Shown in pieces: positions 20,212 to 29,836 of a stretch of 64,000 nucleotides of DNA (its first letter is position 1; each line of letters begins with the position of its first letter). Source of the DNA: an uncultured Candidatus Saccharibacteria bacterium (GTDB lineage Bacteria; Patescibacteriota; Minisyncoccia; Phycocordibacterales; UBA9973); assembly GCA_964361705.1 (NCBI GenBank), contig CAYIBP010000002.1:12435-76434 (forward strand), read 5' to 3'. The position numbers and the translations under genes were made by a program. A model generated the notes under the pieces. That model was given only the letters and a program-made list of their open reading frames with translations, was not told the origin of the DNA and searched no databases.

Positions 20212-21277
20212 AGATGTTTACGTGCTCCTTTATACTTCTTCCAATAATAGACCCGAGTCTTACTGGCACAGCATTGCCGATAAATTTAGCAACCTTGCCT
20301 ATTTGAATTGGTTTTGTTGGATCTGAAAATTGATATTTTTGAGGAAATGTTTGAAATATAGCTGCTTCTCTCAAGCTTATTGCTCTATCTTGTGTTGGAT
20401 GCCCATATCTGCCATTTCCAAGACCCACACATTGTGTTGTCATGGTTGGCGAAGGTTCGTCCCAGCGCATACGACCGTAAACAGAACCGCGATAAGTTTT
20501 TCCTGATTTTTTTTTATGACATTCTAGTATTAATTCTTCGCTCCAGCTTTCTGAATTACCTCCATCGTGAGGAGTAGCTTTTATTCTTTTTAGATTAATA
20601 GGAGCAAGTTTTCTTGATCGATGCAATGGGTCTCTTTTACTAATTTCTCCATTTTTAATAGGCTCTAAGTGTGTAATGACATCACGAACAGTTACCCGCT
20701 TGTTTTTATGTGTTCTTTTAATTAATTGAATTTCACCAAATTTAGAAGCAAGTAATACAAGTCTTCTCCTTTTTTGTGGTACTCCAAATTCAGACACATC
20801 AACAATTTCGTATTTGTAATTATAATTGTTCTTATCAAGAACTCTCAAAAAGTTTGCAAACGCGGGGTATTTATTCTTAACAGCGAGATCACTGACATTT
20901 TCCATTGAAACAATATCTGGTTGGGTTTCAGAGATTAGCTGTGCAAATTTTCCTAATGGTTCAAGCTGTTTTTTTGTAATAGAATTAAGATTTAGTCTTG
21001 AGAATGGTTGACAAGGTGCACATCCTGCGAGCACTCGTATTGTTTCTTTTTTATCTCCAAATAACCTATCTATTTTTTCTGCTGTAACATTTAGAATATC
21101 TTCATCAATAAATTGTGTTTTATTATTGTATTCATACCCGAATTTACAGCTCGAATCATTATCAATTCCAGCCACTACATCAAGACCTTCTTTTATGAGT
21201 CCATGAGTTAGTCCTCCTATTCCACAAAATAAATCAATAACCTTTATTTTTGAAGATTGTAATTTCATTTGCATCAT
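20204..21277 (-). CDS. dcm: DNA (cytosine-5) methyltransferase
   Basis: DLFCGIGG, APCQPFS, MENV, PQKRRR, REAAIFQTFP, IGNAVP. Confidence 0.95.
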   Translation of the reverse strand: MMQMKLQSSKIKVIDLFCGIGGLTHGLIKEGLDVVAGIDNDSSCKFGYEYNNKTQFIDEDILNVTAEKIDRLFGDKKETIRVLAGCAPCQPFSRLNLNSITKKQLEPLGKFAQLISETQPDIVSMENVSDLAVKNKYPAFANFLRVLDKNNYNYKYEIVDVSEFGVPQKRRRLVLLASKFGEIQLIKRTHKNKRVTVRDVITHLEPIKNGEISKRDPLHRSRKLAPINLKRIKATPHDGGNSESWSEELILECHKKKSGKTYRGSVYGRMRWDEPSPTMTTQCVGLGNGRYGHPTQDRAISLREAAIFQTFPQKYQFSDPTKPIQIGKVAKFIGNAVPVRLGSIIGRSIKEHVNIYD

Positions 21278-21447
21278 AATTATATCATTTATATCTCTTA
21301 ATAAAAAGGGTATCTTTAGTAGACGGGGACCCTCAAACTTCCTAATTCTACTATGTTATTTTGGCCTTAATAGCTCTTTTGTTAGTTCAGGGATTCAATC
21401 AAGAGAAACCGAAAATGATTTGGGGGGTTAAAATTTTACTTGACTAA

Positions 21448-21470
21448 TAATAGGTGTTAAACACCTATTA
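21448..21470. repeat. Perfect 11-bp palindrome (REP-like)
   Basis: TAATAGGTGTT-A-AACACCTATTA. Confidence 0.6.
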
Positions 21471-21503
21471 GGGTAATATTGAAAATGTCTTTTATTCCCT
21501 TTA

Positions 21504-21626
21504 TTATTGCGTTATAGGGGCAAATGGCGTGTTAAGGTAGCTTGGGTCTATCATACGAAACACGGTTTTCCAGTTTAGAATCATACTTTCAATGGTGTTC
21601 CATTTGAGGTACAATGGGCTCACCAA
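21504..21626 (-). other. Putative attR carrying a startless C-terminal fragment of the integrase
   Basis: Reading from TCACCAA in the integrase frame gives LV-SPLYLKWNTIESMILNWKTVFRMIDPSYLNTPFAPITQ*. Confidence 0.65.
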
Positions 21627-21802
21627 ATGAAACTTGGTAGTTGAAAAGAAACAGGACTATCTTTTCGGCTTCAGTCTGTTTTGTTTAAGCCTCCAATGCT
21701 ATAATCTCTCTAATGGAAATTATGCTAAAAAATTTAGGACTCATCGGAAACAATAGCACTTCTCACGACCACAATATTGGCAATAATTTATAAGAAAAAG
21801 AT

Positions 21803-22243
21803 ATGACACTTTCAACGCATTTTTTACTTGGTGCCATTATAGGAAAAGTGACAGGAAACTACGCAGTAGGCATTGCGTCTTCAGTACTTGTTGATATTGA
21901 CCATCTACAGTCTTATTTTACCCATGGACTTCTCTTGAAACCGAAGAAATTATGGAAAGCCCTTACCGACCAAGTAGACCCCTATAAAGACCAGAGAGGA
22001 ATACTACACAATGTGTTATTTTTTGGAGTTGTTGCTGCGGTTCTCATATTTCTTTTTCATAAAATAGGAATCATTATTGCTATAGGATGGTTTGGCCATT
22101 TATGTCTCGATGCCTTTGATAACTCTGATTATTATCCGCTCTACCCAAATATGTCAATTAACATTCGAGGTCCTATTAAATACGGAACATTACAAGAACT
22201 TATATTCTTCCTGGTTCTTGTAGTTGTTTATTTTGTTATTTAA
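21803..22243 (+). CDS. Membrane-bound metal-dependent hydrolase (YdjM-like)
   Basis: STH, DIDH, RGILH, HLCLD, YPLYP. Confidence 0.85.
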   Translation: MTLSTHFLLGAIIGKVTGNYAVGIASSVLVDIDHLQSYFTHGLLLKPKKLWKALTDQVDPYKDQRGILHNVLFFGVVAAVLIFLFHKIGIIIAIGWFGHLCLDAFDNSDYYPLYPNMSINIRGPIKYGTLQELIFFLVLVVVYFVI

Positions 22244-22274
22244 GTTGTGATAATTAACAGTGTCCTATAACTAA

Positions 22275-22718
22275 TTGAGTAAATACTATTTCTTTGTTAT
22301 TCATTTAGACAAGGTTTACTACCCAAATCCATTTAGCTGGAAACATATAGAAAACCGAGATGAATGGAAACAGAAAGTCCGAGAGTTGGTGTCTAGTGAC
22401 AGATGGATTATTGATGGTCATTACAATAGTACTTTGAATATTCGAGTACCTCGAGCAAATACTATTATTTTCTTTAATTTTAATAAAATTTTGTGTCTCT
22501 ATAGAGTATGCAAAAGAGCGATGAATAAAACCCAACCATTTGATAAAGCAGAGGGCAATTTTAATCGTCTATCTTGGAATCTTATAAAAAAGATAATAAT
22601 CTTTTCTCAAAAGAAAGTTTGGGGGCATTTGGAACCTCACAAAGATACAAAGAAAATATATGTGGTACATAACAGCAAAGAGACAGAAAAGCTACTGCTC
22701 GAGTTGATTGAAAATTAG
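22275..22718 (+). pseudogene. N-terminally truncated topology-modulation/adenylate-kinase-like protein
   Basis: IHLD...W...WIIDGHY motifs present, but no Walker A and no good start. Confidence 0.6.
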
Positions 22719-23170
22719 AGAATCTTTTCTAAAAATATCCTATGTTCTTTTACCGTATTCTCCGGTATTTCTTTAAAGAATCTTAAATCTCGTGCGTTTT
22801 CGTCTTTTCTTAATTCTCCGCCCAAAATGCTGGTTTCAAGCACTATGCTGATAGTGTGGACTTCGCCTCTTATGCTTGGATCTTTTTTTGCGTTTCGTGC
22901 TTCGTGAGGAAACTCCATATAGCCGAGGCATTTTTCAAATTTCACATCGAGACCTGCCTCTGCCTTTGCTACACGAACAACTGCATCACTTATCAGTTCT
23001 TCTTTGTATACAGTGCCACCTATTAGATTCCACTCATTGAGACAAGGTTCTTCATTTCTTAGAGCAAACAAAATACCATCATCTGATTTTATAACCAAAT
23101 CAACATTGAGACGTGGTACTCTGGTATAAATCTGGAAAAATTCTTCGTCGCTTAGATAATTTTTATGCAT
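22715..23170 (-). CDS. NUDIX hydrolase (GDP-mannose hydrolase-like)
   Basis: PRLNVDLVI, WNLIGGTVYKEE...RVAKAEAGL. Confidence 0.85.
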   Translation of the reverse strand: MHKNYLSDEEFFQIYTRVPRLNVDLVIKSDDGILFALRNEEPCLNEWNLIGGTVYKEELISDAVVRVAKAEAGLDVKFEKCLGYMEFPHEARNAKKDPSIRGEVHTISIVLETSILGGELRKDENARDLRFFKEIPENTVKEHRIFLEKIL

Positions 23171-23343
23171 ACAGGATTTTAGCACAAAACATTTATGCTT
23201 TGCAAAATTCATACTGCTATGATTATGGCGCGGTCGTGTGTTAATAATAGTAATAGTAATTGAATTTAGTAATTTAATTTATCTAGTAAAAATTACTTCA
23301 GATAGCTATCAAACCAAATAGCGTGGTATCGGTAAAGTTAATT

Positions 23344-23832
23344 TCATTCTAAATAACTACTAAACCATATAGCATGACAAGTATACCCACCCGGATTCTT
23401 TTGTAAATAATCCTGATGATAATCTTCGGCCTCGTAAAATCTAGTAAAGGGTTCGAGTGTGGTCACTACAGGGTTTGACCAGCGTTTGCTATCATTGACT
23501 ATTTTTATAAAATCTTCGGCTTCTTTTCTTTCTTGTTCGTTTGCGTAAAATACCGCCGAACGATATGAAGTACCACGGTCATTACCTTGTTGATTTAGCG
23601 TAGTAGGGTTGTGTATTTGAAAAAAGAAATCTAAAAGTTTCTTGTATGAAGTTTTCGTATCGTCATACGATATCTCTACCGCTTCTGCATGACCTTCGTG
23701 ATTTTCATAAGTCGGATTTTCAATACTACCACCTGTATATCCTACGCGCGTTTTTACAACACCATACTGACTCCTGATCAAATCTTGTAAACCCCAAAAA
23801 CATCCTCCTGCAAATATTGCTTTTTTTAACAT
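23344..23832 (-). CDS. msrA: Methionine sulfoxide reductase A
   Basis: [27 protein letters not shown]. Confidence 0.97.
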   Translation of the reverse strand: MLKKAIFAGGCFWGLQDLIRSQYGVVKTRVGYTGGSIENPTYENHEGHAEAVEISYDDTKTSYKKLLDFFFQIHNPTTLNQQGNDRGTSYRSAVFYANEQERKEAEDFIKIVNDSKRWSNPVVTTLEPFTRFYEAEDYHQDYLQKNPGGYTCHAIWFSSYLE

Positions 23833-23849
23833 AATTTTATATCTATAAT

Positions 23850-23991
23850 CTCTGAATTACAAAATTTCAAAAAATTTAGAAAATATGCCCATAGGATTCT
23901 TCGCTACGACCACAGAGCACTTGCCCTTCCAGGACTTGTGAGAACGACAGTGGGCATGTTTTTAAATTTTTTGGGGTTTTGTAATTCAGAG
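23850..23991 (+). repeat. Long hairpin element, copy 1
   Basis: ~41-nt arms 23850-23891 and 23951-23991; loop core shared with 57613-57713. Confidence 0.75.
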
Positions 23992-24072
23992 TATAATATG
24001 TTATCTTTTAATTCGGAATTAACGTGAACATCAAAGAGTAGTTGATCGCATAGTGTGAAAACTACTCTTTTT

Positions 24073-25374
24073 TTATTTCTTTTTCAACCACTCTTCATCC
24101 TGACGCACTAGAAGCTTGGATTTGTTTTTTTTGTTTGTTGGTGAAAGTATTGCTTCTACGGCGCGTTCCATGCGGACGCCTTGCGAACCTTTAATCAAAA
24201 CAAAATCCCCTTCTGATACGAAGGTCTTTAAAAACTTTCCAGCTTCAGTTGAATTTAAAAATTCAAAAATATTCTTATTCTTCATACCCCTATCCAGTGC
24301 GCCTTCTTTTATCTTCTGCGCCCTAGGTCCCACAACCACGAGAATATTCACATTTTCTTTTGCAACCTTGCCCATATCTCTATGCGACTCTTCTGTGTGC
24401 TTGCCGAGTTCAAGCATATCTCCGAGTACTGCTATCTTGCGACCTGTAGTTTTGATCTCGCCTAAAGTTCTAAGCGCTGATTCACAAGCAAAAGGAGAAG
24501 AATTATAGGTATCATCTATTATAAAAGATTTATTGATTCCTTTTAAAAGTCTCATCCTTCCAACTGGAACACTATAGTCTTTGAGCCTATCAACAGCATC
24601 AACGATATTCCATTTTAAAGCATGAGCAAGAGCAAGCGCTCCAAAAGATGCATAAATATGGTTCCTGCCAAAAACCCCTTCTACTATCACAGGCAAACTA
24701 CTGCCATTTTGATCAATTCTAAAAACTATCCCTTCAGGTACTCCTTTTTTATTATAAAAAATATTTTCCTCGGAACCTCTAATATCAGAATCCTCTTTGA
24801 ATCCAAAAGTGACTATCCTGTTTTTTGTTTTTGAACTCATCTCTCTTACCGCTTCATCGTCATTGTTTAAAATTAAAACACCATCGCTCTTCAAAGTTTT
24901 TATAAGAGTACTTTTTTCTTCTATCAAATGTTTGCGGGAATCAAAAAATTCTATATGCGCTGGAGTAGAACCGATAGTAGTAATAATCACAACATCTGTT
25001 TTAAGCCATAACGCTGTAGCTTTCATGTCTCCGGGTTTACCCACTCCGACTTCAAGCACAAGCCATTTTGGATATTTATGTGGCCAAAGAAAAAGCCATA
25101 GACCTTTAAAAATATTTGATATCCAAACTAAAGGATTATTCCAACCATTCGGACATCCAAGTATCGTAAGAGGCAATCCTATCTGGCTGTTGTAACTCTT
25201 TTCACTTTTACGCACATAAGATACTCCACTGACCACGGCATACACAGCGTCTTTGGTAGAAGTCTTGCCTACTGATCCGGTAATAGCCACGATTTTTGGT
25301 TTGTATTTGGCAAGCACAAGCTCACACTCCAAACGCAATATATACGCTACTATTTTTCTAAAAAGCGTTTTCAT
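24073..25374 (-). CDS. murF: UDP-MurNAc-tripeptide--D-Ala-D-Ala ligase
   Basis: ITGSVGKTSTK, DDTYNSSP, LGDMLELG, IKGSQG. Confidence 0.95.
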   Translation of the reverse strand: MKTLFRKIVAYILRLECELVLAKYKPKIVAITGSVGKTSTKDAVYAVVSGVSYVRKSEKSYNSQIGLPLTILGCPNGWNNPLVWISNIFKGLWLFLWPHKYPKWLVLEVGVGKPGDMKATALWLKTDVVIITTIGSTPAHIEFFDSRKHLIEEKSTLIKTLKSDGVLILNNDDEAVREMSSKTKNRIVTFGFKEDSDIRGSEENIFYNKKGVPEGIVFRIDQNGSSLPVIVEGVFGRNHIYASFGALALAHALKWNIVDAVDRLKDYSVPVGRMRLLKGINKSFIIDDTYNSSPFACESALRTLGEIKTTGRKIAVLGDMLELGKHTEESHRDMGKVAKENVNILVVVGPRAQKIKEGALDRGMKNKNIFEFLNSTEAGKFLKTFVSEGDFVLIKGSQGVRMERAVEAILSPTNKKNKSKLLVRQDEEWLKKK

Positions 25375-25384
25375 ATTTCAAGAT

Positions 25385-27097
25385 TTATCTATCTGGAATA
25401 ACTTGATAATAACTAATAAGGAATTTAGAAAGACTAAGGAATGGATCTGTCCAAGTCTCTGCGGCGTAAAGCACACCTTTGGGATTCACTGCATAAAGCA
25501 AAATTATAAACTTGGGATCATAAGCTGGAAAATATCCAAAAAACGAATGCATGTGCCTGTCCTCATAATAACCTCCCCCATTCGGATTCGCAATCTGCGC
25601 TGTGCCTGTTTTTACTGCTATGCTGTAATTTTCTAGATTTGCCTTTTTGTTTTGCACGAGTTTGTCCATCACATTCACAAGCATTCTGGTAGTTTCCATG
25701 GCGGTAGCCGAAGATATTTTAGTTGGAGTATTTAAATAATCCAACTTTTTTTCTAAACCGCTTTCTAATTTGATTTTACTTGCTATATGAGGAGTAACCA
25801 AAAGACCTCCATTTGCAAGAGTCGCAAGCGCGCGTATTGTAGAGAAAGGAGACAAAGCTATACCTTGTCCGAATGCGGCATTCGCATATTCGAGATCACG
25901 AGGACTGTTTAAAATATTGGAAATAAGTCCCTTGGTATCGTTGGGCAGATCTATGCCTGATTTTTCATTTATACCAAAAGAAAGCATATAATCCCGCATT
26001 TTATCTTTGCCTAATTTTTTATACACAAAAACCATACCTGTATTTAGGGATTGGGTGAGCACTTCTTGCATATTTACAACTCCTCTGCCTTTTTTGTCAA
26101 AGTTATATATTTCTTTATCTTCAACTATCACGAAACCTTTGTCATCGTATTTAGTCTCGGAAGTTACTACTCCGGCATCAATAGCAGAAGCCATCACCAA
26201 GGGTTTGATCACAGAGCCGAACTCATATACATTTTCTGCCAGAGGATTTGCGAAAACATAAACATCTTTTTCTTTTGAGAAATTATTTACATCAAAATCT
26301 GGCTTAACAGAAAGCGCGTACATTGAACCATCTTTTGGATTCATTATGATTCCACCTAAAGTGTCAATTTTACGCTTTTCTTTTACATCATTTAACATTT
26401 TTTCTAAAAACCCCTGCACTTCTGGTTCTATGGTGGTTATCAGATCGCCTTCTTTAACTTCTTTATCAAAAAAAGTATCATTGATATTTGAAAAAACTTC
26501 AGCGAAGAAATTAATATATGGATCGTCTTTACCCCTTGCCAAGGTTTTGTCGTATTGCCTTTCGAGTCCGTATCTGCCGGCAAGTTCGTTTTCTTTATAT
26601 GCCACAAATCCCAAGGACTGCGAAGCTAAGTTTTCTCCCGGATAGAATCGCCATTTCTCTTTAAAAATAGACACACCTGAAATTTTCAAAGAAGAAATCT
26701 GGTCAGCTTGTGTTTTGGTCAAACGAGTAGCGATCTCTTCATACGGATCACCTGCCTTGTTTGCTTTGGCAAAAAAATCGTCTTTGTTTAAAGAAATTAC
26801 CTGTGAAAGCTTTTCATAAGATAAATCTTTATTTAAAATTTTACCTGGATTAATGGCGACTTTATACCCCGTGGATTGAGTGGCGGCATAAACTAGCTGA
26901 CCGTCTTTACTAGAAAAATAAATAGTGCCCCTTTCAAACAAAGAAGAAGAAGGAGTTGAATATTGTCTGTCAGCGCGCTCTTTGTATGACTCGTTGTGCA
27001 CTATCTGAACTAAAAAAAGCTTGCTAAGCAAAGCAAAGGCAAACAATACAAACAAACAAAACACGATTCTACTTCTTAAAAGAAAACTATAATTCAT
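25385..27097 (-). CDS. ftsI: Class B penicillin-binding protein
   Basis: SVIK, SLN and KTG motifs; dcw context. Confidence 0.92.
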   Translation of the reverse strand: MNYSFLLRSRIVFCLFVLFAFALLSKLFLVQIVHNESYKERADRQYSTPSSSLFERGTIYFSSKDGQLVYAATQSTGYKVAINPGKILNKDLSYEKLSQVISLNKDDFFAKANKAGDPYEEIATRLTKTQADQISSLKISGVSIFKEKWRFYPGENLASQSLGFVAYKENELAGRYGLERQYDKTLARGKDDPYINFFAEVFSNINDTFFDKEVKEGDLITTIEPEVQGFLEKMLNDVKEKRKIDTLGGIIMNPKDGSMYALSVKPDFDVNNFSKEKDVYVFANPLAENVYEFGSVIKPLVMASAIDAGVVTSETKYDDKGFVIVEDKEIYNFDKKGRGVVNMQEVLTQSLNTGMVFVYKKLGKDKMRDYMLSFGINEKSGIDLPNDTKGLISNILNSPRDLEYANAAFGQGIALSPFSTIRALATLANGGLLVTPHIASKIKLESGLEKKLDYLNTPTKISSATAMETTRMLVNVMDKLVQNKKANLENYSIAVKTGTAQIANPNGGGYYEDRHMHSFFGYFPAYDPKFIILLYAVNPKGVLYAAETWTDPFLSLSKFLISYYQVIPDR

Positions 27098-27440
27098 TTT
27101 GGGCAATTTTTATACTGCCAAGAGATTTGCGAGTCATATAGGTAATTTCTGTTTCTCTAAAACCAAGAGCATGAGCAAACTCTAGGTCAACCTTTTTAGA
27201 TAAAGACAGATATTCAAGTTCAAGATCTGCGACTTCATTTGCTATCCTATGAATGCCAGACTCTGAAGTCTTCCTCTCTACGATATCAAAAATCATATTA
27301 CCCAAGAATAAAACATACAACAAAGACAAAATAGCAAGGGTGTAGAGCATGAAATAAAAAATATGTGTCTGCAGATTACCATTATCTATGATATTTACAT
27401 TATCCGTGTAGCTTTTTAATTTTAATGTTATTTGTTTCAT
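27087..27440 (-). CDS. ftsL: FtsL-like cell division protein
   Basis: Single TM helix plus coiled coil between rsmH and ftsI. Confidence 0.65.
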   Translation of the reverse strand: MKQITLKLKSYTDNVNIIDNGNLQTHIFYFMLYTLAILSLLYVLFLGNMIFDIVERKTSESGIHRIANEVADLELEYLSLSKKVDLEFAHALGFRETEITYMTRKSLGSIKIAQNEL

Positions 27441-27447
27441 TTTATTT

Positions 27448-28377
27448 TTAAATCAACTTTTCCAAAATCCTCAATTTCGCGCTTCGTGATCTCCTGTTTT
27501 CGTTTAATTCTTCTTCCTTCGGTATAATTGGTTTTTTATTTATTAATCTTACTTCTCCTTCTTTTTCTTTTTCTCTAAAAAACTTCTTTACTATTCTGTC
27601 TTCTAAACTATGAAATGAAATCACTGACATCCTGCCTCCTTTTTTCAAAATATTGAAACCTTTGCGTATACCCGCTTCGAGGGCGCCTAATTCGTCATTG
27701 ACTGTTATCCGAAGAGCTTGAAAAGTTTTCGTAGCTGGATTGATCTTCCCTCTTTTATATGAACTCGGTACACTGCTCTCTATAATCTTCGCTAAATCCA
27801 TCGTGGTTTGTATTTTTTTCTTTTTTCTTGCTTCCACTATGGCGCTCGCTATCTTTCTTGAAAACCTTTCTTCACCGTAACCGTAAATGATGTCTGCTAG
27901 ACTTTTTTCTCCCCAATCATTCACGATCTCAAGCGCAGTCAAGTCTTCTGGGCGAGGATTTTCTTTCATGGTCATTAAAAGCGGTTCGTCTTTCATAAAA
28001 GAAAACCCTCTACCGGAATTCTCTAATTGATCTCTACTCAAACCTAAATCAAATATGATACCGTCCACCTTGTCTTCTCCTTCTTTTTTCACAGCTTCGT
28101 CTATGTCTCTAAAATTTATATTGACGAAAGTGATTCTTTTTTTCGTGTTTTTGAATTTGTCTTTAGCCTTATTGAAAGCTCCTTTATCTTGGTCAAGTGC
28201 GATTATTCTCACTTCAGGATATTTTTCCAGAATATTTTTTGAATGCCCTCCTCCTCCAAATGTCGCGTCCACAATCACACCACCTTTCTTGTTGTTTCGA
28301 TCTAGATTCAAACCCTCTATTGTTTCATTTAAAAGAACTGTCGTGTGCACACTCCCATTTTTCGCTTCTTCTTTCAT
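27448..28377 (-). CDS. rsmH: 16S rRNA m4C1402 methyltransferase
   Basis: DATFGGGGHS, FQALRI, ISFHSLEDR, RSRSAKLR. Confidence 0.97.
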   Translation of the reverse strand: MKEEAKNGSVHTTVLLNETIEGLNLDRNNKKGGVIVDATFGGGGHSKNILEKYPEVRIIALDQDKGAFNKAKDKFKNTKKRITFVNINFRDIDEAVKKEGEDKVDGIIFDLGLSRDQLENSGRGFSFMKDEPLLMTMKENPRPEDLTALEIVNDWGEKSLADIIYGYGEERFSRKIASAIVEARKKKKIQTTMDLAKIIESSVPSSYKRGKINPATKTFQALRITVNDELGALEAGIRKGFNILKKGGRMSVISFHSLEDRIVKKFFREKEKEGEVRLINKKPIIPKEEELNENRRSRSAKLRILEKLI

Positions 28378-28378
28378 G

Positions 28379-28822
28379 TTAATTTCCTTTTTCTGCCAAT
28401 TTTTCTGCTAATTGATTCGCTTCTTTCTCAACCATTTCTTTATTTTGTTGCCATACTGTATCGTTCCATATTTCAACTCTATCTTTCACTCCAATTATCG
28501 CCGCATTGTTTTTCAAACCAATCCTTTCTCGTAAAAAGTCCGGAACCAGTATTCTGCCGATGCTATCTATCTCTATCTCTGCCGCGCGACCAAACATATA
28601 TCTGTTGAAACTACGCTGGTCTGCTTTCAAAAAAGATAAATCATTTTCAGAATCAGAAAGTTTTTTTGAAACTTTTTCCCACTCTTTTGTTGTGAAAACG
28701 AACAAACATTTGTCGAGTCCAGGTGTGATGACTATCTTCTTGCCCAGCTCTTTGCGGAACTTTACAGGCAATGAAACCCTATTTTTCTCATCTACTGTGT
28801 GTATGTATTCTCCGATAAGCAT
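28379..28822 (-). CDS. mraZ: Transcriptional regulator MraZ
   Basis: DEKNRVSLP and DSIGRILVP repeats. Confidence 0.96.
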   Translation of the reverse strand: MLIGEYIHTVDEKNRVSLPVKFRKELGKKIVITPGLDKCLFVFTTKEWEKVSKKLSDSENDLSFLKADQRSFNRYMFGRAAEIEIDSIGRILVPDFLRERIGLKNNAAIIGVKDRVEIWNDTVWQQNKEMVEKEANQLAEKLAEKGN

Positions 28823-28841
28823 AAATGTTCATTTCTTAATT

Positions 28842-28890
28842 TCCCACCTTTTCCCACTTGATATATATTTTATCCCACCCTGCCCCACCA
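28842..28890 (-). promoter_or_regulatory. MraZ-box repeats
   Basis: Four minus-strand GTGGG(A/G) units in ~10-nt-spaced pairs upstream of mraZ. Confidence 0.7.
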
Positions 28891-29000
28891 CGCAAGCCAA
28901 AACAGCCCACAAATGTGGATAACTATAGATCTATTTCAGACAAAACAAAACCCTAGTCCGTTTTACAACTTCTTGGGGTTTGGTGAGGGTCTGATGGAGG

Positions 29001-29177
29001 CTAGAGCAGATTGCCCGTACAGCAACCGCAACTCTCTCCTTTCGATGCGTCGCAATTGCACCAGCAAATCATCTTCGCAAATGATGATTGCCCCAGCTTT
29101 TCTCGCAGGAAATGAGAAAGGCGACACAGAATGCAATACTTTTTGCTAAATTTCTTCAGCAAGATTAGTGCCCACAT
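29001..29177 (-). CDS. Possible 58-aa Cys-rich orphan protein
   Basis: AAAGGAG 6 nt before ATG; MWALILLKKFSKKYC...CWCNCDASKGESCGCCTGNLL*. Confidence 0.3.
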   Translation of the reverse strand: MWALILLKKFSKKYCILCRLSHFLREKLGQSSFAKMICWCNCDASKGESCGCCTGNLL

Positions 29178-29391
29178 AGATTTCTCCTTTGCCCTATACG
29201 GGCGGTTTAAGTGAGTGAAAGAACAAAACCAGCTTCTGATGATTTAGAGAGCTGGTTTTTATTTTGTAAATTTAATAAGTTTTTATTTTTACAACGCAAA
29301 GATCAGCCCTCTAAAAGGATTCTGAGAATGAGAATAGCAATGAGATTTGAAGTTGAAATTGATGTATGTTGCATTTTTGTATTTAAAAATC

Positions 29392-29420
29392 AAAAACCCC
29401 TCTTTTGGAGGGGTTTTTTT
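29392..29420. terminator. Bidirectional intrinsic terminator
   Basis: AAAAACCCCTC-TTTTG-GAGGGGTTTTTTT. Confidence 0.7.
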
Positions 29421-29594
29421 AATTTCAATTTAAATTAGTATGAAATCAAAAAACCTCTCCTTTGTGTATGACGAGAGTAATAATTCCGAGGTTTTTTGTT
29501 GTAATAATTTTTCGACTCATTCGATGTTATTATCAATAATAACTTTATTAAAAAATAAAGCAAGCGGGGTTGAGAACATATATTATTACTGTGA

Positions 29595-29792
29595 CTATAA
29601 CAAGTGAGCTTTCTCTCTTAACCTACGAATGTATTCTTTTACATCATCTGGAACGAAAAAACCTTCCTCAGCCTTTGTTTTGGGAACATTATGACCTGTC
29701 TTTTCTGCAAGTTTTAGCGCAAAACTAGCGGCCTCTACGCGAGAATTCGCTCCTGTAAATGTATATGTTTTTTTATCTGTTACCTGTTCCAT
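29595..29792 (-). CDS. Hypothetical protein
   Basis: 65-aa ORF with upstream TAGAAT. Confidence 0.6.
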   Translation of the reverse strand: MEQVTDKKTYTFTGANSRVEAASFALKLAEKTGHNVPKTKAEEGFFVPDDVKEYIRRLREKAHLL

Positions 29793-29836
29793 AGAGTTTA
29801 TTCTATACCCTTCGGCCCGCCTGCAAAAGCTATGCT

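Larger units (their letters stand above)
12946..21626. mobile_element. ~8.7-kb serine-recombinase island inserted at the tRNA-Glu 3' end
   Basis: Recombinase abuts and overlaps the tRNA. TCACCAA occurs at 12946-12952 and 21620-21626. Cargo includes a methyltransferase, nuclease and TerS-like gene. Confidence 0.78.
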
